Assembly: GCA_964016885.1 (NCBI GenBank)
Contig: OZ024759.1
Span: 16,988,001 to 17,052,000 of the forward strand
DNA: 64,000 nt
Reading direction: 5' to 3'
DNA from: Eledone cirrhosa
Taxonomy: Eukaryota
Shown: positions 12,223 to 26,360 of the stretch, piece after piece
Layout: every line of letters starts with the position of its first letter
How positions within the stretch are numbered: the first letter of the stretch is position 1
Notes under the pieces: model-generated
What the model was told of the DNA's origin: nothing
Seen by the model: only the letters and a program-made list of their open reading frames with translations
Database searches by the model: none
Position numbers and translations under genes: made by a program

Positions 12223-13670
12223 CAATAAAAATCTTTTGATGTTGTAGACGCTCTTGTGTTCTTTTTCATATATATATATATGCACACACACTGACACAGC
12301 ACACTCACATAATTATACCTGTACACCCATATATATATATACATTAACACTGGTATACAAACACACACATATATATATTGATATTGGTTCCCATACACCC
12401 ATGTATATTCTAATGAACTCACACAGCTATTGAGATAGCTGTGGCATGATCACAGCTTGAAACATTTATAGAGAGACTTACATGTGTTTACAGCCCTATA
12501 CCTATGTCCCCAATTTCCCCATGCATCTTCCTCACCCCTCCCAAATTCCCAACCCTCTCCTTAAAATGATCCCCCTCCCTGGACTCACGACAAAAGAGGC
12601 TAGTCCACATTATATAGTGTGGTCAAGTGGGTGTTACGACAAAAGCACCCAGTCCACACTGTAAAGTAGTCATGTAGGTGTCATGACAAAAAGCACGCAG
12701 CCCACACTGTAAAGTGGCCATGTAGGCGTCACGACAAAAAGCACCCAGTCCACACTGTAAATGTGGTTGGCGTTAGGAAGGGCATCCAGCCCAAATCAGT
12801 TTGTCTGAGAAAATCACAGTCCTCCAACTCAATCTCTCGCAAAGGGACAGCCCAACCTACCCATGCTAGCGTGGAAGATGGACATTAAACAATGGTGATG
12901 ATGATGATAACATAGATAAACATATCATATAACCTTCATTATGAATCATGCTATGTTAGTGCTACTGATAATCAATTGCAGCCAAGTCAAGCAAGCACTA
13001 TACTAAATGAACTGCTCCAGCAGATGCTTTATTCACAAAAAGTATATAAGCTATAGCTTATTCTTTCTTGTCTCAGTGCCGAGTAAGAAAAATTCACTGA
13101 CGATTCATTGACCTGTTGACTGCCATGTATATTTTACACAGCTATAGTTGCTGTGCCAGGTTTTTTTCCAGTAAAAATAATATTTCTTTAAACAAACATT
13201 TATTAACAAGACATATCTGAAGGATTGACAAACGTCACATCAATAAACTAGTAACCCCATCTAGCTTTGAAGTTATGAACTGTTGGAAAAGAGTTCAAAC
13301 ATATTAGGACGAGTTATCTCGTCTGTGGCACTGGAGTGTATATATATGTTAGGAGTTATTATCTTGTCTACGACACTGAAGAAGTTAAAAAGTTCTGAAA
13401 TACTAGTCTCTGGTGTACACAGACGGTTACTGGAAGAGCTGTGACATGATCACAGCTTAAAATATTCATAGTGGGATTTATATCTCATACATGGCCTACA
13501 TAGACACCTAACAAAAACACAGAGAGAGACAATCACACATATAGTTATGGGTACCAACGAAAGAAAAGAGCAATCAACACATAAACTACAAGATGAGTAT
13601 TTATACAATATGAATCAACACTACACTACCAACGGTTTCAAGAAGAAAACATATCTAAATCATCTGGTGC

Positions 13671-13720
<50 letters not shown>

Positions 13721-13724
<4 letters not shown>

Positions 13725-13900
13725 AACGAGTAGGACCCCGACGGCTGAGCTCAAGACGGCTAATTCTGGACTAATTAGTCGAAACGGCTTGAGCTCAGCC
13801 GTCGGGGTCCTACTCGTTCCTATTACCCACTCTACTACCCTAAGTATTGAGTACTTTGGTGCGTTATGGTCCACCTGGTTCCTTACCACATTTCCTTCGT
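13721..13900 (+). mobile_element. Penelope-like terminal fragment with a fold-back end containing the 3' half of a hammerhead
   Basis: TAGGAACGAGTAGGACCCCGACGGCTGAGCTCAAG pairs with CTTGAGCTCAGCCGTCGGGGTCCTACTCGTTCCTA; contains GAAA-CGGC-loop-GCCG-TC-GGGG; homologous copy at 29260; bracketed by (TA)n. Confidence 0.6.
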
Positions 13901-14060
13901 TATATATATATATATATATATAAGATCAAAAGATGGTTAAAGGAGTTCCATGTATTTTATTTGATCTTATATATTATGTATACTCCAGTCCTACAAACTG
14001 TAGAGTGCTTCTTATCCGATATCTGCATTGCTTTATTGTACTACAATAAAACTCACCTCC

Positions 14061-14106
<46 letters not shown>

Positions 14107-14213
14107 TATATTAACAAATGGAAACTATATTTATAAAACCATATTTATTTCATAATACATATTTCAAGGGCCACCTTTGCTTGTTGTATCCCAACAAATT
14201 AAATATAACCTCT

Positions 14214-14255
<42 letters not shown>

Positions 14256-14749
14256 CATTTTATCATATTTTCAATTGACAGGAAATTCGTATTTTCCGGC
14301 ATGCTTACATGACTCCATAGTAGATATGTGTATAGGTTTATCACGTTGGTGCAGTCTTGGTTACACAATCTGCATCTATACAGATATAACGTTAATATAT
14401 ATGTGTGTGTGTGCGTGTGTGCGTGTGCGTGTGCGTGCGTGCGTGTGTATAGTGATATTTAGAGAAGAGAGATAATTATATACATACTGTTGAGTAGCCT
14501 AGCCGCTGTCACGTTAGGTAAACCAAATACTAAATGATGTGACGCTGTGACGCTGTGACAGTGTGACTGTGTTATAGCTGTGACAGTGGTATAACGTGAC
14601 AGTGATATACGTGACAGAGTGACAATGTGGTAAGATGCTCGGTCAGTTACCTGTTGACGTCACACAAAAGCACGTGTCTATTTTGACAGATTGACTCTTC
14701 CTGTCATCGGTTAGGCTTTTGTTTATCTTTCTTTCAGGTACACGCATGC

Positions 14750-15830
14750 TTACATAAATACATATATCACACATACATATATACATACATACATGCAGAC
14801 AAACAAATATGCACGCACACACACACACACATACATAGATAGATACATACATGCATGCATACATACATACATACACAAACATCCAAATATCCATACGCAT
14901 GGCTACATACATACATACATACACACATACATCATACATACATACACACACACATACACACATACACACATACATACATACATACACGCTATTAATTATA
15001 CAGAAACATACATGCAGACAGATAGATAAATATGCACCCACCCACACACATATATATATACATACATACATACATAAACATACAAATATTCACACACGTG
15101 GCTACATGCACACACACACACACACACACATACAGACACATGTATACATATATGTTTGTACCTCTTCAAATTTCAGTTTCCTTTTTTTTCTATTGGTGAA
15201 TAAATCCAATAAGTCTATAAAATATTTGATTTACAAAAGGAACCAATTAATGAGAGAGAGAGTGTGTGTGTGAGAGAGTGTGAGAGAGAGTGAGTGAGTG
15301 AGTGAGAGAGTGTGAGAGAGAGTGAGTGAGTGAGTGAGAGGGGAGATGAGAGAGACGAGAGACAGAGGAGACAAGAGAGAGGGGAGACGAGAGACAGAGG
15401 AGACAAGAGAGAGGGGAGACGAGAGACAGAGGAGACGAGCGAGAGAGGGGAGACGAGAGACAGAGGGGAGACGAGAGAGAGAGGGGAGACGAGAGACAGA
15501 GGGGAGACGAGAGAGAGAGGGGAGATGAGAGAGAGAGGGGAGATGAATGAGGGAGGGGAGATGAGGGAGGGAGGGGAGATGAGAGAGAGGGAGGGGGGAG
15601 ACGAGAGAGAGAGAGGGAGGGGGATGAGAGAGAAAGAGGGGAGACGAGAGAGAGAGAGGGGAGACGAGAGAGAGGGAGGGGAGACGAGAGAAAGGGAGGG
15701 GGCGAGAGGCCGAAAGGAGACAGGGACAGGGACAGAGGCTGAGAGTGAAATAGAGAGGGGAGAGAGGCTGAAAGAGAGAGATGTGGTGGTGGGGGTGGGT
15801 AGGGAGGGGGGACTGAGACTGAGAAAGAAA
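14750..15830. repeat. Low-complexity (CA/TACA)n and (GA)-rich repeats
   Basis: Direct inspection; includes short GAGGGGAGACGAGAGA-type units at about 15340-15690. Confidence 0.9.
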
Positions 15831-16345
15831 CAGGAAGACGAGAAATGAAAGCAACAGACGTAACACCCTGAATTACAGGCGACAACAAGGAATGTTGGTG
15901 TTTCCCTATAAAGTTTATAGCCACCACAGAATTAGAGAGAAAGATGTTGCTACTGAGAAGGTACTTGGCTCTAAATAAACCATAAACCTCCTTCAACAAG
16001 GAAGAGATTAATGATTTCTTATATAGGCACAAGGCCAGCAATTTGGGGAGAGGGGGGGGGAAGTCGATTAGATTGACTCCAGTGCGTAACTGGTACTTTA
16101 TTTTATCGACCCCTTAAGGATGAAAGGCAAAGCTAACCTCGGCCGGATTTGAACTCAGAACGTAAAAGGCCATAACACTATGCTGTGCAAAGCAGGAAGA
16201 GATTAATAAACTATATATATAGATATATATATGCAAAAGTTCTATTTAAGTTGTTGGGATACAACAATATCCGGGAGCTTCCAGCAGTAATGGTTGCATT
16301 TTTTAAGGGTACGTCAATATTTATTTATAAAACTGATCTATATTG

Positions 16346-16410
16346 TATTTTGTCTGATGAAAGCGCACCATTATTTAACGTGGTGTCCTTGAAATATGTA
16401 TAATAAAATA
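16346..16410 (+). ncRNA. Minimal type I hammerhead motif
   Basis: TATTTTGT-CTGATGA-AAGCGCACCA-loop-TGGTGTCCTT-GAAA-T-ATGT-A-TA-ATAAAATA; same family at 29763, 29942 and 32122. Confidence 0.7.
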
Positions 16411-16477
16411 AATATGGTTTTATAAATATAGCTTCCATTTGTTAATATATCGTATATATATATATATATATATATAT

Positions 16478-16530
16478 GAGATTCCTGATGATTTCTAATG
16501 AATGAAACAGTTCTAGTCCTGTAGAATCTC
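16478..16530 (+). ncRNA. Type I hammerhead motif with a full stem III
   Basis: GAGATTC-CTGATGA-TTTCTAATGAAT-GAAA-CAG-TTCTAGTC-CTG-TA-GAATCTC; perfect 7-bp stem I and GUA cleavage triplet. Confidence 0.75.
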
Positions 16531-16959
16531 ATCTATATTAAAACTTTTATACTCTGCTATGTATTGAGTACCTTACTTACTGTGGTTACCTCCGATTCAA
16601 CCCGGAATAACGTATATATATATATATATGTTAGGTAATTCCGAAAGAAAGCAAAGGAAAAAAGAGTGCTCTATGTATAGAACAGAGCTATTTAATTAGA
16701 AGCTGAACAACACAAAATATAACTACTCCATTACCAAATGTTTCTGGAACCGAATTGATAAATTATTCATAAGTACCAGTTAAGTCCTGGGTCGATATAA
16801 CCAACTCTTTCCCTTCACTCAAATTGCTGGCCTTGTGCTAATCTTAGAAAGAATTATCAAATTAAATATTTTATAAGACATTCGGCCCAAGTTGATCAAC
16901 CTCAAGCAATACTAAATATAGTGTACCATCGGCATTCGCGGAATTATTCATAGATCTAA

Positions 16960-17193
16960 CAATACCGGTCGCTCTCCGACAGGTTTGCGGTTGTACCCTT
17001 TGCAGTAGAGACTTCTGGTGTCCTCGGCCCTAGGGCTACCTCTCTACTCACCACCACAGGCGCTGAGCTGGCCAGCCACATGTGTGAGCCTCGCGAACTG
17101 GAACGGCTTTTCCAGCGCGTCTCCCTTGCCGTCCTCCGGGGAAACGCCTTCTCCATTCTGTCCGCCGGGGCTGTGGGTGGGCCACCAATATGA
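16960..17193 (+). mobile_element. CRE-clade non-LTR retrotransposon, C-terminal (restriction-like endonuclease end) fragment
   Basis: Translates QYRSLSDRFAVVPFAVETSGVLGP...LFQRVSLAVLRGNAFSILS; the P-x-A-x-ET-x-G and QR-x-S-x-A-xx-RGN motifs are typical of CRE elements. Confidence 0.7.
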
Positions 17194-17639
17194 TTGACTG
17201 GCTCGTCATTTTATTAGTTGGATGTTTTTAGACATCACCCACTTAAATATGATTCATTTCCCTTCAAATTACTGGCCTTGTGCAGACACTATGCTTTGCA
17301 GCATAGAGTTATGGCCCTTTATGTTCTGAGATCAAATCCGCCGAGGTTAATTTGTCTTTCATCCTTACGGGGTCGATAAAATAAAGTACCAGTGATGCAC
17401 TGGGGTAATCGCTGGCCTTGTGCCAAAAGTAGAAACTGTATTTATTACATTATGTTTTGACGTTTATAGTCATTTTTATGGACCACGTCCAGTATTCGCG
17501 GTTTCCGCTCATCGCAGGTGCTCTAGAAACGTAACCCCCGCGAATACCGGGGAACAACTGCACACTGATAAACATACAGAAACTGTAGAAGATCTCAACT
17601 GTGTCAAATATGTAGGTAGGGTAGGTGTAAAAGCCACAC

Positions 17640-18140
17640 TCTATTTTTAATTCGATGTTCGCGGTAATCCTTACCTATGGTCATAAATCTTGGGTAATGA
17701 CCGAAAGAATACGATCGCGAATACAAGCCGCCGAAATAGGGTTCATCTGAAAGGACTTTGGGATAATGTTATTCGATAGGGTGCGTAGCTCGGAGATCCG
17801 GGAGTCGCTGCAGGTAGAGCCACTACTTTTCCGAATCGAAATATCACAGCTCTGGCACTACAGACGTAATTAGAATGTCTTAGGAAAGAATCGCTGGACA
17901 GATTTTACAAATAAAACCAACCAGTTCGATAACATCCATGAGCTCGATGGTTGGTCTTGCTTGGAGATCCAGCCGGATCAATTGGAGACGACTGCTTCTG
18001 ACAAGACCCGCTGGAAGGCGTGTCTAGGACTCTGCCCTCACGTCCCACCCAAACATAACTAGGCGAGAATTCTGCCGGCCGGTGAAAATAAATCCGTGTA
18101 GCAACACAGCCAAAGTGAGAAAATGGAAGTGAAAAAGAGA
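17640..18140 (+). mobile_element. RTE-clade LINE (second family), degenerate 3' fragment
   Basis: Translates LTYGHKSWVMTERIRSRIQAAEIGFI*...DRVRSSEIRESLQVEPLLFRIEISQL; homologous pieces on the minus strand at 20164-20302 and 36245-36445. Confidence 0.75.
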
Positions 18141-18194
18141 TATAGAGGCAGAATCGACCCCAGTACTAGACTGGTACTTTTATTATCGACCTAA

Positions 18195-18365
18195 TGAAAA
18201 ATGAGAAAGAGAAATGAGAAAGAGAAATGAGAAATGAGAAAGAGAAATGAGAAATGAGGAAAGAGAAATGAGAAAGAGAAATGAGAAAGAGAAATGAGAA
18301 AGAGAAATGAGAAATGAGAAATGAGAAAGAGAAATGAGAAAGAGAAATGAGAAAGAGAAATGAGG
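18195..18365. repeat. (GAAAGAGAAATGA)n minisatellite
   Basis: Direct inspection; lies between two duplicated SINE-B segments. Confidence 0.9.
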
Positions 18366-19129
18366 AAGAGATATAGAGGAAGAATTGACCACTCAGTACT
18401 GGACTGGTACTTTTATTATCGACCTCAACAAGATGAAAGGCAAAGTTGACCTCGGCAAGATTTGAACTCAGAGAACAGAGAACCAAAACAAATACGGCAA
18501 AGCATTCTCTCTGACGTTCTAACGATTCAGCCAATTCGCCACCTGGCCCGAACAGTTACGAAGCTGACTTTGTAATCATTAGGTCCCAGGTTCGATATCA
18601 CCGGGTGTCGTCTTGGTCGTTAGTGTCATCTACCATGGCTTCGGGTCGACCCAAGCCTTGGTAGTGACACTGGGTAGACGGAGATTGTTTGGAAGCCCGT
18701 AGATTGGGCTGTAACTGTAACTGTAACCTGATAATTACGTTGTGACTGCTCAGTCACTTGCACGTCAATTTCACGAACAGGCTCTTCCGTTGATCGGACA
18801 ACTGGAACACACGTAGTCAGAGCACACACATCCGCACACACGCACATACAGCCATAGATATGCACACAGACAGACAGGCACACACACGCACGCAGGAAAG
18901 GCGTCAAGGCATGACACTTAAATATGTTAACATGTAAGCTATCGTAAACTGACACTATTATAAATATGTCTGGGTGTGTATGGATTGTAATGAACGCTAA
19001 CGTAAACCTGTATACATATATATACATATATATCAATCCACTACACCTACCCTATCCTCCCACTCCCACCAACACCACCTTCTCTCTCTGTAAAGTTGGT
19101 ACCACAACATCCAGTCCAAATAAATGAAA

Positions 19130-19320
19130 TAATTGTTTCTACTTTAGGCACAAGGCCAGCAATTACCCAGTACATTACTGGTACTTTATTTTATCGACCC
19201 CGTAAGGATGAAAGGCAAAGTCAACCTCGGCGGGATTTGAACTCAGATCGTAAAGGGACGTAACTATGCTGCAAAGCATGGCGTCCGACCCTCTACTGAT
19301 ACTGCCAATCCACCGCCCTT
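19130..19320 (-). mobile_element. SINE family B, full-length copy
   Basis: Same sequence as 3287-3482; similar copies at about 17270, 22785 and 45890. Confidence 0.8.
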
Positions 19321-19909
19321 ATAAATGAAATAATGAGATCGAGATCGTGTAGGTGTCACAACAACAAAAAAAAACCACACACACACACACAGTCCACGCT
19401 GTAATGTGGTCGTGTAAGTAACACGGTAAAAAGTTCCCAGTTCCACACTGTAAATGTGGTTGGTGTTAGGAAGGGCATCCAGCCGTAGAAAACCTGCCAG
19501 ATAGTCCTATATGAGCGAGACACGGTCACCCAACCAGCCTTGCCTCAAGTGGGACAACTCCCATCTAACCCATGCTAGCGTGGAAAATGGACGTTAAACG
19601 AAGATGATGATGATATATATATATATATGTGTGTGCGTGTGTGTGTGTGTGTTTTAAACACATCTTCCAATGTGTGCGTGGGTGTGTGCGTATTATCTAC
19701 CTTCACAGGCACCATGTTGAAGCTGTTGTCCCAGCACGACCCCAGTATAATGATCGAATCCAGTTTTATAAATGTATATGTATGGCCAAATATACCGATG
19801 ACGTGTACAATTCTTGGCCACTCAGCGACAAACAACAACAGGATTTCAGGTGGCGAGTGAAGGCCGCGGGTGTAACTGGACATTTGGAAACTCTGCTTCG
19901 AAGAATCGA

Positions 19910-20004
19910 GACGTATCTGAGGACCTTGCGATTTCAGAGTCAGGTTCGATCATTACATCGATCGTGCCTCGAGCTGGTCGCCAGAGAAACGATTGTTATA
20001 TGTC
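19910..20004 (+). ncRNA. Type I hammerhead-like motif with extended stem II
   Basis: GACGTAT-CTGAGGA-[62 nt closed by GCGATT/GGTCGC]-GAAA-C-GATT-G-TT-ATATGTC; homologue at 45726. Confidence 0.6.
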
Positions 20005-20079
20005 TGATAAATTTTATTCGTCGCACCACTGATTCTCCGTTTCGTTTCTTATGTGATATATATATATATATAGATATAT

Positions 20080-20163
<84 letters not shown>

Positions 20164-20165
<2 letters not shown>

Positions 20166-20302
20166 TTTTCACTTCCATTTCCTCACTTTGGCTGTGTTGC
20201 TACACGGATTTATTTTCACCGGCCGGTAGAATTCTCGCCTATTTATTCCTGGGTGGGACATGATGGCAGAGTCCTAGACATGCCTTCCAGCGGGTCTTGT
20301 CG
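20164..20302 (-). mobile_element. RTE LINE 3' tail fragment
   Basis: Reverse complement of about 18000-18140. Confidence 0.7.
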
Positions 20303-20391
20303 TATATATATATATATATAAACTGTGAGTGTGTTCTGTTATTAATCCTGGTAATATTATTACAACAATATGACCCTCCCCAAGTATAACG

Positions 20392-21890
<1,499 letters not shown>

Positions 21891-22320
21891 AGATAGATAG
21901 GTAGGTAGGTAGATATACATACCTTGTGTATATGTGTATATCTTGTATTCAGTTGTGACCTCTCTCCCCCAATGCAGCAACTGTTGCCAGTTGTGTAACA
22001 CTCAAACCTTTCCTTGCTCTATTCCTTTCCCTATCTCTCACACACATACTATCTCTCTCTCTCACACACATACTATCTCTCTCTCTCACACACATACTAT
22101 CTCTCTCTCTCACACATATACTATCTCTCTCTCTCTCACACACATACTTTCACTCTCTCTCTCACACATACTTTCACTCTCTCTCTCTCTCTCTCTGTGA
22201 CTGACTTTCATTAAAGTTTAGGCAGATTGCATCATGTATTCACGAGACACCGGTTCGGTTGCCCTCCCCCGCCGCCAAACATAACCACCTGCTGACGTTA
22301 GCATGCAGACACTGTGCACA

Positions 22321-22374
<54 letters not shown>

Positions 22375-22484
22375 CATGTTTACACAAGTGCAAGTCTATG
22401 TATGTATGTGAGCATGCATGCATGTGTGTATGTGAGCATGCATATATGTATATATGTGAGCATGTATGTATGTATGTGAGCATG

Positions 22485-22524
<40 letters not shown>

Positions 22525-22578
22525 TGTATGTATGTGAGCATGTATAAATATATATATATATATATGCATGTATGTATG

Positions 22579-22638
<60 letters not shown>

Positions 22639-23473
22639 AGTGTGTGTATTTATGTACGTATGTACGAGGGTAGTCTGAAAAGTTCATAGGCCGAGAATGA
22701 CCAAATGCTAGTGCTGCGAAATCTTGACATGCAGTGTCTGTAAAAATGCTACATGTCTGAAATTACGCGTGTGCCCACCAAATGGAATAATTGTTTCTAC
22801 TTTTGGCACAAGACCAGCAATTACACCAGTGTATTACTGGTACTTTATTTTATCGACCCCGTAAGGATGAAAGGCAAAGTTAACCTCGGCGGGATTTAAA
22901 CTCAGACCATAAAAGGGCCGTAACTCTTTGCTTGCAAAGCATGGCGCCCGACCCTCTACCGATACTGCCAATCCACCGCCCATCAAATGGAATAATAATG
23001 TTGGGAGATTTTCTTTGCTGAAATCCATGAACCGGTTCTTGCCTGGGAACAGCTTTTACTTTATATTCTGTTGAACACTCACACGTCATTTTCGACAGGA
23101 GACTCCATCATGTATGTATGTATGTATGTAGTGTTTGTACCAGAGTTTTCAAGTCGCTGGCTGGACTAAAAAGCCACACTCGTTCAGCGCATCGGTAAGG
23201 GTTCTCCTACATGGATATAAAGTAGTGGCCATACTCGAAAACGAGTTGGCAGCCACCATGTATGTATGTATGTATATATGTATGGATGGATTTATGTGTA
23301 TGTGGGTGCGTGCGAGTGTTTGTATGTACGTATGTGTGGGATTGTGGGTGCGTGCGAGTTTGTGTGAATGTATGTATGTATGTAAGTATGTATGTGTGTG
23401 TATATATGTGTGTGTGTGCGTGTGAGTTTATGCGTGTGTGTGTGTGTGTGTGTATGTATGTAAGTATGTATGT

Positions 23474-24007
23474 CGGGTCACTCTTGAGTGCTACTGGTAA
23501 CATGTAACCCATTACAACCTGTCGCATGGTCGGATCGTCGGCGACTAAACCGGCAACCCCCACCAAGTTTACCTGGTGAGGAGGGTGATTTTGGACACCC
23601 TGCAGGACAAAAAACAAAACCTGACAAAAGCGGAAGAACTCATAAGAGTCAACGGCCATCGGAAAGTGTGTAAATATGTATATACACATGTACCGCGCGG
23701 TTAAACCACTGGGAGTGAAGGACCCCTAGCCTTTCTCAGGGCATTCTTCTAGGAGAAGGCAACTCAGGAAACTGGGATAACTCCGATATAAAACCTGCGG
23801 CTCAGTACTAACTGATGATGTCGATCTTTTCTTCTTTTCGGGTTATAGCTACTGTCGCTGAGAGAGTGGGATTGGCTCAGTGCACAGTCTTTCCTCACTT
23901 TAAAAAATATCTTCACGCACAGGCATTGCACGATAGAATTAATTAATAATTATTAATAATGGTATATCGTGCAATGGCCATACTCGATAACGAGGGGGCA
24001 GCCATCA

Positions 24008-24008
<1 letters not shown>
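23474..24008 (+). mobile_element. Non-coding retroelement segment resembling an RTE-type 5' UTR
   Basis: Higher-GC island between microsatellites with GGGCATTCTTCTAGGAGAAGGCAACTC and several hairpins; its 3' end GGCCATACTCGATAACGAG...GGCAGCCA recurs at 23227-23260. Family assignment is from recollection only. Confidence 0.35.
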
Positions 24009-24046
<38 letters not shown>

Positions 24047-26157
24047 ATGTGTAAATGTGTGTATGTGGGTGTGTGGGTGCGTGCGAGTTAATGCATGTAT
24101 GTGTGTAAATATGCATGAGTGCATATGTATGTATGTGTAAATGTATGTATGTAAATATGCATGTGTGTGTCTATGTATGTATGAATGTAAGTATGTGTGT
24201 GTGAATATATGCATGTGTGTGTGTATGTATATATGTGTGTGAATGTATGTGTGTAAATATGCATGTGTGTGTATGTATATGTGTGAATGTATGTATGTGT
24301 GTATGTATATGTGTGAATGTATGTATGTGTGAATGTATGTGTGTGAGTAAATATGCATGTGTGTGTGTATGTATATATGTGTGAATGTATGTGTGTAAAT
24401 ATGCATGTGTTTGTGTATGTTAATATGTGTGAATGTATGTGTGTAAATATGCATGTGTTTGTGTATGTAAGTATGGTAAGTATGTGTGTGTATGTATGTC
24501 TACCCCACCGACCCCGGACCGGTACCTGTGTATATAGCACCCATAGCTACCTATCCCTACAATGTGTGTCCCCTAAAATGTGTGTCCCCTTTTCCTAAAT
24601 AAAATAATCTCAACTTAGAGTTTAGTAAGCTGACAAACCTAGTTTATGACATTTCTAGACTAGGCCTGTAGTTTCCACTACACCGCCCACACTTCCCCTG
24701 CCTAAATCACGTGACAGGTCATAATACGACCCTCTCCACCACTTTGGATATTTCCACAACTCAGCTGCAAGATGTTTAATGAGATTATTGTAGTTTTAAT
24801 TGTATTGTATTGTACACATTTATATAAGACTGTGATACTCTAAGGTCCAGTGAGGCTATTGTCAAGGATCTGAACCCTAGGTGGCTGCCTAGTTGGTCTT
24901 AATGATAGCACAAGCCCTACAGAGAGAGAGAGGGGGAGGGGGGAGAAATAGAGGTGAGGGGTGGGGAGAAATAGAGGTGAGGGGTGGGGAGAAAGAGAGG
25001 GGAGAGAGGGGGAGAGGGAGATGGGAGAAAGAGAGGGGAGAGAGAGAGGGCGAGATAGAGAGGGGAGGAGGAGAGACATAGTGGAGAGAGGGAGAGAGGT
25101 AGTGGAGAGAGGAGAGAGGTAGAGAAGAGAGGTAGAGAAGAGAGAGAAGAGAGAGAAAAGAGAAATAGAGAGAGAGAGAAGGGCGTAAGTAGGGTAAGGC
25201 ATATGAAAAGGGGGCGCCACTTGGACTAGGAACACATTCTATTAAAGTCAAATAAGTTGGTTAGTGAAAAAATGAAACTCCTTCAGATACATGATCTGCT
25301 CTGATTATCATGGGTGAGAACCAAGAGCCTCGTTTCAAGGGGGTACCAGGGGACAAGCCCCCACCCACTCCTTCAAACGTCTATATTTTATTTTTTATTT
25401 ATTTGATATAATACATTTTTTTAAAGCTTATTTTTATATCTGAACTTCATTTGAATATATAAAATTTAATTAGCATAAAATTTTACTTATGTGATAGGGT
25501 CCGGGGAAGGCACTATAAGCAATACTAACATGCTCCTTTAAGAATCAACAAATGTTGGTTTGCCCCTCTCACATTTTAAAGACAAACGATGGCCCCTGCT
25601 GAGAACACTATGGTGGTTGGATCATTAAACCATTTATATAAATTATTAGGTCTACATAGTGCTGAGCAGGGGCGCAAATTCACTACTTACCATAGGTGCT
25701 ATTTCCCATTGTTATGCCTCTGCACACACCTACATATACGAGTGACGCAGTACAAATTATTTCCGTCTCTAGGGTTTATATGCCCAAAATAGATTATTTT
25801 TCACAGTCAAAAACATTGAAGCTACTAACACTAATTTAAAACTTCCTATCGCCCAACGGTTCTAAAAATAGATTGTGTGTGTATGTGTATATATGTATGC
25901 ATGTAAGTATATGTGAGAATAGATATTTCTACAACGTTGCTACACAACAAAGATGCTTTTTGTTGGGAGAGGGGTCGACTAAATCGACCCCAGTCCATTA
26001 CCAGTACTTTATGTTATCGACGCTGTAAGGATGAAAGGCAAAGCAAACTTCGGCGGGATTTGAACTCAGAACGTAAGGGACGTAACTCTGTGCCGCTAAA
26101 TAATGCTAGCCAACTAACTCTAACTCAAACTCGGTAGACAACTCAAGTCATTTACAC

Positions 26158-26360
26158 CAGGCATGTCAAACATGCGCCCTTTACAAGCACACCTGCGGCC
26201 CGCACAAAGATTTTTACAGCGCGAGCATGTTTTATCTTCGTCACATAAAATAAAAAAAATTAGTTGTCATATGTGGCCCTCAGACAACACATATGTGACC
26301 CTCAGACAACACATATGTGACCAATGTGTCACTCGGGGGACCCTCAGTTTGACTTGCCTG
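26158..26360. mobile_element. hAT-type MITE
   Basis: TIRs CAGGCATGTCAAAC / GTTTGACTTGCCTG with a perfect 8-bp TSD ATTTACAC (26150-26157 and 26361-26368). Confidence 0.85.

Noticed and set aside
13620-13672. Further hammerhead-like remnants (minus strand here; also about 2645-2730 and 16728-16772)
   Set aside because: The core is mutated and the stems do not close convincingly; they may be decayed copies but cannot be supported.
23811-23830. Isolated CTGATGA words (also 31733 on the minus strand and CTGAAGA at 13376)
   Set aside because: No correctly placed stem II, GAAA and complementary stem I arms.
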